Origin: a virus
Virus record (IMG/VR): IMGVR_UViG_3300033562_002694
Strand: one strand, 5' to 3'
Length of the DNA: 64,000 nucleotides
Shown: in pieces, positions 36,460 to 46,433 of the stretch
Layout: every line of letters begins with the position of its first letter
Position numbering within the stretch: the stretch's first letter is position 1
Position numbers and translations under genes: made by a program
The notes under the pieces: model-generated
The model's input: only the letters and a program-made list of their open reading frames with translations
Database searches by the model: none
What the model was told of the DNA's origin: nothing

Positions 36460-37344
36460 TTATTTGTTTTTCGCAAGGTATTGGTCAATTTCCAAAATAC
36501 CTTTGTTGATTATTTCTTGTTGTTCTGTTAATTCTAGACTGATTTGTTTAAACGGAGTTTCCAAAATTTCATTTTTATCATGAATAATTATTTCATGATT
36601 TGTTTGGATATTTATTTCTTCAATTATTTCTTCATCTTCTGATAATAAAAAATTTTTCAATTTTGATTTAATTAGTGGTTTTATATTATCAATAGAAATT
36701 TGATCCACTAAAAAATCAAGTATTATGTTTTCGTCAAGTTCCAATAATTCTATGGTTTGTTTTAACTTTTTAATATCGTAATTAAATGTAATTGGTAAAA
36801 TAATTTCAATAATTGGTTTTCGATATTTTTCTATACCAAATTTATTCATCGATATTTTATTCAAATTATCAATATTTATTTTATTAATAATTGAAATATC
36901 AAATGGAATTTTTGGTTCAATTTTTTGCTGTTCAGTAAAAATATTTTTAATTGACGGAACTTGTATAAGTAATGGTTGTTCAGTATATTCTTTTGTCGGA
37001 ATATTACTTACTTCTTCAAGACCATCAAAAATATTTAATGGGGCTGATTTTTTTATATTTTCAGATATTGATGTTTCTAAAAATACATATTGTTCATCTA
37101 ATGCATATTCGGAAAATTTTTGTCCATCTTGACTTAACCAATATCCATCTCTTTTTGGATCTTCTCCAATTATTCGAATTATTGTAGGTTTTTCTGAACC
37201 AAGAGAATTTTTTTCTTGATAATGACCTAACCGAATTATTATACTCATATTATTTTGTTTATTATTGTTTTTAAATTTTACTTCAAAATATTGTTCAAAT
37301 AATGAAGTAATCTTTTGATTGAATCTTTGGAAATATTGTCGCAT
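36460..37344 (-). CDS. Hypothetical protein (likely start ~37248)
   Basis: 294-aa ORF; internal MSIIIRLG start avoids overlap with the neighbour. Confidence 0.65.
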   Translation of the reverse strand: MRQYFQRFNQKITSLFEQYFEVKFKNNNKQNNMSIIIRLGHYQEKNSLGSEKPTIIRIIGEDPKRDGYWLSQDGQKFSEYALDEQYVFLETSISENIKKSAPLNIFDGLEEVSNIPTKEYTEQPLLIQVPSIKNIFTEQQKIEPKIPFDISIINKINIDNLNKISMNKFGIEKYRKPIIEIILPITFNYDIKKLKQTIELLELDENIILDFLVDQISIDNIKPLIKSKLKNFLLSEDEEIIEEINIQTNHEIIIHDKNEILETPFKQISLELTEQQEIINKGILEIDQYLAKNK

Positions 37345-37697
37345 AATTCCTTATTATCTTCGATGTTTATTTTATCAAAATTATTTACAAAATTAATAAG
37401 AATGAATCTTAATAATTTTAAATTATCGATTTCTAATTCTCCAAAAATATCTGTTACTTCCGGTGTTAGAATATTTGTTTTTATTCTATTATAACAAACG
37501 TAAATATTTTTAATTACCTTTTTATTAAAATTAGGAATAAAAAAATTATTTTTTTGTTGAAAACAATAATTAAATAACGCAATAAATTCATTAATATCTG
37601 AACACGATAAATTTGAATCTTTTGGTAATTTGTTTTTTATTTTTCCTGTATAATCATTTAAGATTAATTTTTTTGTTAGGACCAATTTTTCTTCCAT
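37278..37697 (-). CDS. Hypothetical protein
   Basis: 139-aa ORF. Confidence 0.6.
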   Translation of the reverse strand: MEEKLVLTKKLILNDYTGKIKNKLPKDSNLSCSDINEFIALFNYCFQQKNNFFIPNFNKKVIKNIYVCYNRIKTNILTPEVTDIFGELEIDNLKLLRFILINFVNNFDKINIEDNKELCDNISKDSIKRLLHYLNNILK

Positions 37698-37727
37698 TAT
37701 TGTGTGTATTTTTATTTGATTTATTTA

Positions 37728-38042
37728 TTATTCTTTATTATTCTTTAAAATGTTGGTCATTCCACCCAAATAAACTTGTCCTTCCATTAACTGCATTTGA
37801 CAATTTTTTAATTTTCGTACATATTGATATTGGACAATTGTTGGACTTTTCCAATAAAGGGAATAACATTTATGGCAAAAAATAGATATTATCGCATGCT
37901 GATTGTAACCAAGATATAATACTTTACCGCAAGATAAACACCACCATTTATATTTTGCATAAAAATTGAATTTATTCCGAAATCTTTCTTGTTTACCATT
38001 GTTTATTAACATGGTAAATGTTTGAGTTTTTGTTAATTCCAT
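37728..38042 (-). CDS. Small Zn-binding protein
   Basis: CLSC...CHKC. Confidence 0.55.
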   Translation of the reverse strand: MELTKTQTFTMLINNGKQERFRNKFNFYAKYKWWCLSCGKVLYLGYNQHAIISIFCHKCYSLYWKSPTIVQYQYVRKLKNCQMQLMEGQVYLGGMTNILKNNKE

Positions 38043-38093
38043 AATTGGAAAATTATTTGGATTATTAATGATTTTTTGAATTTTGAAAATATT

Positions 38094-38786
38094 TTAACAT
38101 GGTGTTAAATCGAAAACTTTTAATTTTCCATTTAAATCATATCCAAAATTTCCTGAATGTACATCCAATTCTCGACCAATATTATTTATATTGAAATTAT
38201 CTTTGAACCATTTTTGAATATTTGAATATTCTTGTTTAAATATTTTGCAATCTTTTGATAATTTGAATTCAGGAAAATTCCTATTATGTGCGATTTGTTT
38301 ATGGTATTTTTCGAATAATTCGTAAAAATATTCTTTCACAATTAATTTTTCTTGAATAATAAATCCTTTTTTTTCAACAATATCAACAGAATAAATTTTA
38401 GCTATTGGTCCTTCCATTCCAATTAATTTTTTAGCAAATTTATATTCAGATTCACTAACAGTCATTTTTAATACTTTGTTATTTTGAATTTCATATGCTG
38501 AACCAGCTGCTCCGCTCCCAAGTTTTTTGATTATTTTAATTTTATGAATTTTTATATATTCATCAAAAATTTGATCATCAACACTTATTTGAATTAAATT
38601 TCTTTTTTTAACTTCCCATTCAAAATTTAAATATTTTTTCCAATATATTTGGATTTTTTCAATATTATAATTCATTTTTATTAATTCGTCACTTAAATAA
38701 TTTAATTTTTCAATCAATTCTTCATCAGAATCAACAATAATTATTTTTTCATATTTATCTACTTTAACAAGTAATTTTTCAAACAT
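38094..38786 (-). CDS. Protein-kinase-like fold enzyme
   Basis: LGSGAAG glycine loop, VLK lysine, SE helix-C Glu, DVHSGN catalytic loop, VFD. Confidence 0.8.
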   Translation of the reverse strand: MFEKLLVKVDKYEKIIIVDSDEELIEKLNYLSDELIKMNYNIEKIQIYWKKYLNFEWEVKKRNLIQISVDDQIFDEYIKIHKIKIIKKLGSGAAGSAYEIQNNKVLKMTVSESEYKFAKKLIGMEGPIAKIYSVDIVEKKGFIIQEKLIVKEYFYELFEKYHKQIAHNRNFPEFKLSKDCKIFKQEYSNIQKWFKDNFNINNIGRELDVHSGNFGYDLNGKLKVFDLTPC

Positions 38787-38832
38787 AATTTTTATTTTAA
38801 ATATTGTAAAATATTTGAATCACAAAAATATA

Positions 38833-38865
38833 AAAAAATCCCGGTTTAAAAATACCGGGATTTTT
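38833..38865 (-). terminator. Terminator after major capsid gene
   Basis: aaaaaatcccggt...accgggattttt. Confidence 0.75.
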
Positions 38866-38886
38866 CGTAAAGTAAGATTAAATTGA

Positions 38887-40719
38887 TTAACTCCAGTTGT
38901 ATTTGTTGATGAATACAGCAGTGTAATAATTTAATTCAGGATAGAATCCGATATCAGCAATTTGGAAACGTGACCAAACTCTGATCTTTTCAGCCATATT
39001 CTGTTCAGCAACAATCTGACGTGATGCTGCGAGGTCATATGCTAAGAATTTCGATCCAGGATCGTTATCATTACCACGACGACCAAATAAAATACGAGGA
39101 TCGTTAAAATCAATTTTCGGATTTTTGTAAACATTAACTGTTTCAAAAATGGTACCGGAATAATGGAGTTCAGGATTTGCACTGAAAGAAGTAGTAACCG
39201 GACAGGCACTGAAAGTAGATTGTTTCTTTAAAGTTGCAGCTAATGTTCCTCCAAGAACGATAAAGTCAGGAGTACCGATACGATTTTGTTGAGCAACAAA
39301 TTCGAGAATCAGAAGAATACGAGCATAAAGACGTTCACCGTGAGTCATTTGGTTCTCATAAGCTGCAGAAACAAGTGCATTTGTGAGATTGCCCATTTTT
39401 GAACGAACATCAGTTTTCGTCATATCTTCAAAAGTAACATCAACAGAACTCATTGCAAGAGTTGCGTTTGTAGGAGTATCAATGTATAATGAATAATTGG
39501 TTCCTTGTGATTCGTAAGCATTCACAGCATGTGTGACACCCATACGATAAAGGTGACTCAGAATTACTTCATCAAGTGATTGAACCAGTTGGTTTTGAAC
39601 ACCTGTGTAAAGATGGGAAATAACATTTACTCCCATTGCGGCCATATCCTTAATCTGGATATTTGAAGTATCAGCTTCAATTTCCAAACCAACCATTTCA
39701 AGTTGTTTATCCATTGCAATAACATTCAGTTTATGCTTTGGTCCTTTTTCATGTTGTGTACGGGTCATTCCACCAAGAGAATTGTTGTTTGAAGCAGCTT
39801 CTGCAATATTCTGACGAACAGCTGAAGCATAACCAACACCAATTAATTCAATAGCAGTTCCAGCAGTAGCATCGGTAGGAGTAGCAACATAAACTTTTGA
39901 AGCGGCAACATTTACGGCATCAACAACTTGTTTAACAGTTACTGAATTATTCCAAACATAAGTAATAACATCAAGAGCTTCAGTAGAAGTACCGGTTGCA
40001 AGAACTTCAACAGTTAAGGCAGCTTTTACAGTTGAACCAAGCATAAAGCGAACTTTTAATGCTTTTCCATCAGCAGCAACAATAATAACTTCAGTTGTTG
40101 CACGTTTCAGTGATTGTGCTTTAATCCAGGTACGGGTAAATACAGGAGAAGTTAACTCAACAAAAGTTGGCAGGTTTTCAGCATCGTCAAATGTACCACC
40201 ACCGTAAACAGTGTCAATATAAGTAACGAGAACTTTCGGGGTATCAACAGCAATTGTTGGCATAAGGTCAAAACCAATACAATTTAATGCAATGTGATTC
40301 TGAAGTCCGAATACATATGAAGGAACATCACCTGAACCAGGTTTGTAACCGGCATTCCAAATACCACCAGCAAGTCCACTTGACGAACCAGGATTTGTAA
40401 CATCTCCCATTCCGATAACATTACCTGGCGTTGAAACACTTTCAAATAAATTTTTCAAACTTGGGGCAATAGCTCCAAAAATTTGAGCATCTTCAAATAA
40501 TGGGGTATTTCCCATGTTGCGGGCAATACGAGCGCGATTAGCATATTGTTCTGTAACAAAACGGAGCCTTTCATCTTTAATTGACTTACGAGTTCCCTCA
40601 TATTTTGCAAATTCCTGTGCAAAAGCAGATTCCATAAGAGGTTTTAAAGCATCAGCTTCGCGTTGATCAAGTTCCGTATGCTTGTAAATACGTTGCCTTT
40701 TGATTTGTGTAATAGACAT
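38887..40719 (-). CDS. Major capsid protein (T4 gp23-like, HK97 fold)
   Basis: 610 aa, strong codon bias, directly after scaffold/protease; IGFDLMPTIAV, LEIEADTS..QIKDM, FIVLGG, YKNP, WSRFQIADIG patterns. Confidence 0.85.
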   Translation of the reverse strand: MSITQIKRQRIYKHTELDQREADALKPLMESAFAQEFAKYEGTRKSIKDERLRFVTEQYANRARIARNMGNTPLFEDAQIFGAIAPSLKNLFESVSTPGNVIGMGDVTNPGSSSGLAGGIWNAGYKPGSGDVPSYVFGLQNHIALNCIGFDLMPTIAVDTPKVLVTYIDTVYGGGTFDDAENLPTFVELTSPVFTRTWIKAQSLKRATTEVIIVAADGKALKVRFMLGSTVKAALTVEVLATGTSTEALDVITYVWNNSVTVKQVVDAVNVAASKVYVATPTDATAGTAIELIGVGYASAVRQNIAEAASNNNSLGGMTRTQHEKGPKHKLNVIAMDKQLEMVGLEIEADTSNIQIKDMAAMGVNVISHLYTGVQNQLVQSLDEVILSHLYRMGVTHAVNAYESQGTNYSLYIDTPTNATLAMSSVDVTFEDMTKTDVRSKMGNLTNALVSAAYENQMTHGERLYARILLILEFVAQQNRIGTPDFIVLGGTLAATLKKQSTFSACPVTTSFSANPELHYSGTIFETVNVYKNPKIDFNDPRILFGRRGNDNDPGSKFLAYDLAASRQIVAEQNMAEKIRVWSRFQIADIGFYPELNYYTAVFINKYNWS

Positions 40720-40779
40720 AATTTCTGATTTTTTTAAAATTTATAATTTTTTGGATTGAATAAAAATTTGATGGATAAA

Positions 40780-41550
40780 TTAGGAAATTCCCAAATAAAA
40801 TTCACGGACGGATTCGTTTAAATTTTTTTGTTTATCAGAAGAATCCTGTTGTTTTTCCTGTTGTTTTTCCTGTTGCTGTTTCAACTGTTGTTGTTGCTTA
40901 ACTTGTTGCTGTTTCAACTGTTGTTGTTGCTTAACTTGTTGCTGTTTCAACTCCTGTTGTTTAGCTTCCTGTTGTTGCTTCAATTGTTGTTGCTGTTTCT
41001 GCTGTTGAACCGGAGTTGCTTGTTGTTTCTGCTGTTGTTGCTTCAACTGCTGTTGTTGCTTCAACTGTTGTTGTTTCAACTCCAATTGTTCTTTTTCCTG
41101 TTGTTGCTTCAATTGTTGTTGCTGCTTCAACTGTTGTTGCTTCAACTGTTGTTGCTGCTTCAATTGCTGTTTTTGAACAGGTGTTTGTTGGTCTTCTTGG
41201 TCCTCTTTGTCCTGTTGTTCTTTTTCCTGCTGTTGTTTCAACTGTTGTTGCTTCTGTTGTTTTTGAGATTCAAATAACATTTCATCATCATCTTCTTCAA
41301 ACAACATTTCGTCATCATCTTCTTCAAACAACATTTCATCATCTTCTTCAAACAACATTTCATCATCATCTTCGAAAAGTGTTTCATCGACAAAATCTGG
41401 ATCATCATCAATATCAAATTGACTTTCATCTAAATCAGTATCGTCAAGAAAATTTTCTTGTGATTCGTTAAGTTCTTGCATGGTATCGAGTTCCATTTCT
41501 GCTTCGACCTGATCTATACCATCAATCAGGTGTTCAATAAATCCCTTCAT
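40780..41550 (-). CDS. Prohead core/scaffold-like protein with acidic and poly-Q repeats
   Basis: Position between protease and capsid; (D)DDEMLFEE tandem repeats and ~79 Gln in LKQQQQ repeats. Confidence 0.7.
   Translation of the reverse strand: MKGFIEHLIDGIDQVEAEMELDTMQELNESQENFLDDTDLDESQFDIDDDPDFVDETLFEDDDEMLFEEDDEMLFEEDDDEMLFEEDDDEMLFESQKQQKQQQLKQQQEKEQQDKEDQEDQQTPVQKQQLKQQQQLKQQQLKQQQQLKQQQEKEQLELKQQQLKQQQQLKQQQQKQQATPVQQQKQQQQLKQQQEAKQQELKQQQVKQQQQLKQQQVKQQQQLKQQQEKQQEKQQDSSDKQKNLNESVREFYLGIS
40850..41390 (-). repeat. Coding tandem repeats (CAA/CAG-rich and ~24-27 bp acidic repeat)
   Basis: Visible ttcaactgttgttgttgc and aacatttcatcatcatcttcttcaaac arrays. Confidence 0.9.
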
Positions 41551-41642
41551 AGATTTTTTTTTTAAATTGTTATTAATTGGTTTTTGTTAAAAAGTAAACT
41601 TTAATTTCTAATATTTATTGTTTGGTTTAAAATATGAAAATT

Positions 41643-42659
41643 TCAATATGTGAAACCATTGTTATCAATACCATTAAAAAAAGATTGTGTTTTAAATCCT
41701 GCACTACCTTGATAAAATGTATTACCTTGTTTTGCATGTTTTTTTAAAAGTTGTTGAGAAACAAGAACTTCTTCAAAAAATTTATCTTTTTGTTTTAAAT
41801 CTTTATCTGAAGCTTTTTTTAATTTGTTTTCGATTTTTTTCTCATCAGGAGATTCGTTAGTTTCTAATATTTTTTCATCTTTTTTATCCGTAGCTTTTTC
41901 TTCTTTGGAAACAGTTTTCTTTTTTGTTGATTCGTTTAAATCATTTAAAAACCATTCATAAAAACAAAACTGAGTTTCATTTAGTTGTGTGTATTCAGTA
42001 TATTTATCATCCAAACTTAAAAAGTCTTTTTCATAAATAATACCACTAAAACCTGTTTTATTTTTTGAAATTTCTTGAAGAAATTTTTGTGATTCATTTA
42101 ACTGTTTAAATTCCAAAAGAGCTTCTGCAAATCCAGGATGATAAACCAAATCAAATGTTGTTAATAATTTTACTTTACAATTGAATGTTCCATCAGAATT
42201 TTGTTTTTCTTCTCCAGCAGCTCTGGCAGAAACAGCTAATTGTCCACCCGATTTAACTATTTCTTGTGCAATTCGTCCTTTTTCAGTATCTAAAAGTATT
42301 AAAACACCAAAAACTTTCTTTTGCTTTTCATCATACCAAACATCAAGTATTTTATGCGATACATTATTGGAATTTATAGCATAACCTGAAGGATGTTCTA
42401 ATTCACCATAAACACCTTTTGAAGAAAATATTTGTTTTTTCAGTATTTGTAACATTTCCAAATAAGTTGGAACGTCATAATACCTTTTGTTATTATTTGG
42501 GGTAATATTTGATAAATCGGCAAAACAGCCTTGTAAAACAATCCCCTTATACAATGAACCAGTTGTTGGATCCATCATATTTGCTTTCAAATCTCCATCT
42601 TCTACTTGAATTAATGGAATTTGACTGGATTCAATATATAAAAACTTGGAATCTATCAT
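41643..42659 (-). CDS. Prohead protease (T4 gp21-like)
   Basis: NKRYY, GELEHP, NVSHKI, AVSARAAG, TFDLVYHPGF motifs. Confidence 0.9.
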   Translation of the reverse strand: MIDSKFLYIESSQIPLIQVEDGDLKANMMDPTTGSLYKGIVLQGCFADLSNITPNNNKRYYDVPTYLEMLQILKKQIFSSKGVYGELEHPSGYAINSNNVSHKILDVWYDEKQKKVFGVLILLDTEKGRIAQEIVKSGGQLAVSARAAGEEKQNSDGTFNCKVKLLTTFDLVYHPGFAEALLEFKQLNESQKFLQEISKNKTGFSGIIYEKDFLSLDDKYTEYTQLNETQFCFYEWFLNDLNESTKKKTVSKEEKATDKKDEKILETNESPDEKKIENKLKKASDKDLKQKDKFFEEVLVSQQLLKKHAKQGNTFYQGSAGFKTQSFFNGIDNNGFTY

Positions 42660-42718
42660 CGATTTGGATTTTTGTGCTTAATTGAACTATATTTATTAAT
42701 TCTTGTTTTTTAAAAAAA

Positions 42719-42931
42719 TTATTTTAAACGTTTTTCAAGAAATTCCATTGCCACTTGAACTTTTGGAATAGATACTTCATCTCCAGTAACAAGGTCTTCA
42801 AGTGTTGGAATAATATCTTGATAATCTTGTCTCATGTATACATTCGTAAAAAATTTCAAAGCTTTAGGATATTTGTTAATATCTGGTAATTCATGAATAT
42901 CTCTAATTGTATCAAGTTTTGATTCATTCAA
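42719..42931 (-). CDS. Small head-module protein (frame extends upstream to ~43000 without ATG)
   Basis: Upstream in-frame KIGGFLNLNESFEEVFDSNDKNLNES; start codon uncertain. Confidence 0.5.
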   Translation of the reverse strand: MNESKLDTIRDIHELPDINKYPKALKFFTNVYMRQDYQDIIPTLEDLVTGDEVSIPKVQVAMEFLEKRLK

Positions 42932-43011
42932 ATTTTTATCATTTGAATCAAAAACTTCTTCAAATGATTCATTCAGGTTTAAGAAACCACCTATTTTTTG
43001 ATTTTTAATTT

Positions 43012-43419
43012 TTATTTAATCGACATACAATGAAGTAAAATTTCTTTCGCATATTTGTCGATAATTTTTTTTAAAAGTATTTTTGTTACTTTATCAGAAA
43101 TACTTTCCGTAAAAAGTTCGAAAATCATTACACCAGGAGCTTCGTCATATTGTTTAATAACGGCCGAATAAAATTCGTTTTTATTTTGTTCTGTTTCCAT
43201 TAATTCATAAAAATAATCACTAAATGCTGTACAAACAGCTCTTTCGAGAATTTGACTTAAATTTTCATCATCCCCTATGTGATTAAAAAACATTTCAATA
43301 TTGTCTTTTACATCTTGTAAATTGAAATTTGACAAATATTTTTTGCCAATTTCTGACAATAATTTTTTTTCATTAATCTTGAATTTTTTAACTAAATTTC
43401 TGTATGCTGGTTCGTTCAT
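43012..43419 (-). CDS. Hypothetical protein
   Basis: 135-aa ORF between portal and protease. Confidence 0.7.
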   Translation of the reverse strand: MNEPAYRNLVKKFKINEKKLLSEIGKKYLSNFNLQDVKDNIEMFFNHIGDDENLSQILERAVCTAFSDYFYELMETEQNKNEFYSAVIKQYDEAPGVMIFELFTESISDKVTKILLKKIIDKYAKEILLHCMSIK

Positions 43420-43431
43420 GATTTTTTTGTT

Positions 43432-45075
43432 TTAAAAGTTTTTGTCATCTGTTTTCGTGATATTTTCTTCTTCGATAATTTCTTCTTCAACAATTTCTTC
43501 TTCATCTTTAGTTTCTTCAATTAAAACTGTTTCGTCTGCAAATCCCAACATTTTGTTTTGAATTTTTCTTTCTTCTTCCATTGAATCCAATTGTTCTTTA
43601 GTAAAATCAAGATAATTTTTGACAATCCAACCAATTGGTACTGCTTTTCTTGCAACTCCATTAACATCTTCAAGTTCACCAAATTCAGCAATACTTGTTG
43701 CTAATTCGATTTTCTTTTGCATTACTTCAATTTCGGCAAGTTTATCATATTCGTTAAATGCAAGCCATTGCATTTTAATTGAATCAAGCAAAGAAAGATC
43801 AATACCAATTTCAATTTCCTTTAAAGTTAATTGAATAATAATTGGTTTCATAAACATCTGATTCAATAATTTACGAATCATGTTTATGAATTTAGCGAAA
43901 TTTACTTCAATTTTTCGTAAACTTGAAACATCAGTAAACCCCCAGGAATCACTCGAATTAGGGTCAATTCTATCGTAAGGAATATCAGTATCTTTCCAAA
44001 ATAATTTTTCCCAATATTGTAATGAATCAACTTCTGTTAAATCTGGACCGTTTGAATTTATTTCTTCGATTTCAGGACTTCCAGAAGCAACAGTTTCAGC
44101 AGTAAAAAATTCCCTATAACCACTATTATTTGGTTGATTATTAAATTTGACAACTCCATCATCTCCAAAAGTGAAATGATTTATATATTGATTTTTTGAT
44201 TCCGTAAGTTTTTGGACAGCTTCTGTTCTTGCAACATCTCCCATCGCAAGTTTAATATGCATTCTTACTTGAGATTTCGCAGCAAACCAAAGAATTTTTG
44301 ATGTTTGCATCGAACGCATAATATTAAATGACATTCGAAGTTTATCAACATAACTTATATAACCATAATCAAATTTATTCCATTCAAGCAATATGATTTG
44401 ATTTTCATTTAAAATTCTTTGTTTTCCATTATTATCTGTTAAGGATTTTTGTACAAAATATACATAATCTCCTTCTTTGAATTTCTGAATAGATGAAGGA
44501 TCAATTGGAATTACTCCAATTATATCTTTGGGATTTTTTAGATTATCGTAAATAAGTTCAAATGCTAATTTACCTGTTATAATAAATTCTTTAACCGTAT
44601 CAATTAATCCATCTTCCTTTAGTTGATAAAATTGATATAATTGCGGAAAAAATACTTGGTTCAAATATTCATCAATTGCTTTTGCAATTTCTTGTTTATC
44701 AGGAGGAACTAAAGTAAAATTTATTTTTGGAAATACTGGATATTTGTTTGTTTCAGCATCTATAATAACTGTTTCATTTGCTAATATATTTACAGCTTTT
44801 TTAATTTCATTATTTTCTGCAAATAAAAGTAAATCATTTCGATAATTAATATTTGTTAATGGAGAAAATGCGAAAGTATTCCGATAACGAATATCAGGAT
44901 TAAACAATAAAGTATTTCCATTTGTGAAATATATTGGATCCGATGCAGAACCAACCGCATTTTTTTGAGCTTTTTTGTCAATTTTATCAGAAGTATTGGC
45001 AAGCAATATCTTTTTAGATATTGTTTTTTCAATATTCCGAGCTCCCAATATGTTGATTCCGTTAGTTAATTTCAT
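43432..45075 (-). CDS. Portal protein (T4 gp20-like)
   Basis: EIKKAVNILANE, GKLAFE, IPIDP, YVDKL..FNIMRSMQ, LYWEKLF...IPYDRI, IEVNFAKFI..IR. Confidence 0.85.
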   Translation of the reverse strand: MKLTNGINILGARNIEKTISKKILLANTSDKIDKKAQKNAVGSASDPIYFTNGNTLLFNPDIRYRNTFAFSPLTNINYRNDLLLFAENNEIKKAVNILANETVIIDAETNKYPVFPKINFTLVPPDKQEIAKAIDEYLNQVFFPQLYQFYQLKEDGLIDTVKEFIITGKLAFELIYDNLKNPKDIIGVIPIDPSSIQKFKEGDYVYFVQKSLTDNNGKQRILNENQIILLEWNKFDYGYISYVDKLRMSFNIMRSMQTSKILWFAAKSQVRMHIKLAMGDVARTEAVQKLTESKNQYINHFTFGDDGVVKFNNQPNNSGYREFFTAETVASGSPEIEEINSNGPDLTEVDSLQYWEKLFWKDTDIPYDRIDPNSSDSWGFTDVSSLRKIEVNFAKFINMIRKLLNQMFMKPIIIQLTLKEIEIGIDLSLLDSIKMQWLAFNEYDKLAEIEVMQKKIELATSIAEFGELEDVNGVARKAVPIGWIVKNYLDFTKEQLDSMEEERKIQNKMLGFADETVLIEETKDEEEIVEEEIIEEENITKTDDKNF

Positions 45076-45083
45076 ATTTTGTT

Positions 45084-45974
45084 TTATTTTTTAATTACAG
45101 ATGTTTGGGTCTTTTGTGCTTCAAAAGCTTTTATCCGCGCATTGTCGTAATATAAATTATCTGTTAATTCAAACTTAAATTCTTCAACATTCACATATAT
45201 ATCTATTAATGAATTGTTAATTAATTCGCGTAAAATTTCCAAATAAGTTTTAATAGTTAATGACTTATTTGGTATTGATTCATCTTTGTTGACAATATTA
45301 TAATTGTCCAAAACATCTGTTTCTAAATCGTAACAAATAATTGAACCCGTAGTATTGGTTACAAATAATAATTGTTTATTTGATTTATCGAAACAAATGG
45401 CAAGTATTTTTTGATTTGTTAATCCAAATCTTTCAAATAATTCTTTTTTCAAAGATAAATTATTACAAATATCAAACCCATTTATAATTATAGGTTTTTT
45501 TGCTAAAATTTTAATTTTTTGAATTTCTTTAGATATATTTTTTAAATCATTTCTTTTGGATAATTCAAGTATGATATTTTTTAAATCATTCTTGAACGAC
45601 ATAATATCTATTTGTGAATTTGATTGAGACATATCATTACTGACATTTAAACTTTCGTTCAATGTTCTTTGTAAATTTATCTCATAACCATCAAGAAATT
45701 CATAAACTTTTTGAAAATATGCGTAATAATTTCCTCTTGTGTTTTTAACAAAAATTGATTCTTCTGGTATTTTTGAAATTATTTGTGAATTACCAGTATT
45801 TTCAAATAAAGGATTTATTTCTTGAAATAATTGTATCATATTAAAATGATACAAATTATTTTTTGATAAATTATTTTCATTGAGGGACGGCATTAATTTG
45901 GAAATTTTTTTAATTTCCTCATTACATGTCAATATTGTTCCAACAATTAATTGTTCTTTTTCTTGTGTGTTCAT
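45084..45974 (-). CDS. Hypothetical protein (LNE motifs)
   Basis: 296-aa ORF. Confidence 0.7.
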   Translation of the reverse strand: MNTQEKEQLIVGTILTCNEEIKKISKLMPSLNENNLSKNNLYHFNMIQLFQEINPLFENTGNSQIISKIPEESIFVKNTRGNYYAYFQKVYEFLDGYEINLQRTLNESLNVSNDMSQSNSQIDIMSFKNDLKNIILELSKRNDLKNISKEIQKIKILAKKPIIINGFDICNNLSLKKELFERFGLTNQKILAICFDKSNKQLLFVTNTTGSIICYDLETDVLDNYNIVNKDESIPNKSLTIKTYLEILRELINNSLIDIYVNVEEFKFELTDNLYYDNARIKAFEAQKTQTSVIKK

Positions 45975-46126
45975 ATTTGGCTATTCAAAGTATTATCCAT
46001 TTTTTTCTTGAATATTTTAAGTTTTTCCGATATTACATAAATAACCGTTGAAACTATTTCATTTTCAAGTATTTTGTTTGGAAAAAGTTTTGCAAAAAAG
46101 ATAGTTATTTTGGAATTTATCATGAA

Positions 46127-46429
46127 TTATTCTCCCTCCAATACGGTTAATCTACTGTTTATTTCTGCAATTTTTTCATCTATTATTTGATTTACATTTA
46201 TTGTAATCACTTTCAAATTAATAAAAGCAAAATTTTCAGCATATCTCAATGATTCATTATCATGCGTAGGATCATTTTTTTTAATTGGAAAAATTTCCAA
46301 CATACTGTTTCTTAACGTTTCAAAAATCATTTTTTCTTGATTGGTTAATGTACCATATTTTACAGTATCAATTATTGATGGTGTATAAGTTGGTTTATCA
46401 GTTATTGTTGTGTCAAATAAAGTTTCCAT
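46127..46429 (-). CDS. Hypothetical protein
   Basis: 100-aa ORF. Confidence 0.65.
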   Translation of the reverse strand: METLFDTTITDKPTYTPSIIDTVKYGTLTNQEKMIFETLRNSMLEIFPIKKNDPTHDNESLRYAENFAFINLKVITINVNQIIDEKIAEINSRLTVLEGE

Positions 46430-46433
46430 TATT

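Noticed and set aside
40828-41471. Plus-strand Leu-rich and Val/Ala/Ser-rich ORFs
   Set aside because: Antisense shadows of the poly-Q repeat in the scaffold gene.
34289-42698. T4-like late promoter AATAAATA as a firm feature
   Set aside because: Seen upstream of three genes but cannot be distinguished by eye from the very AT-rich background.
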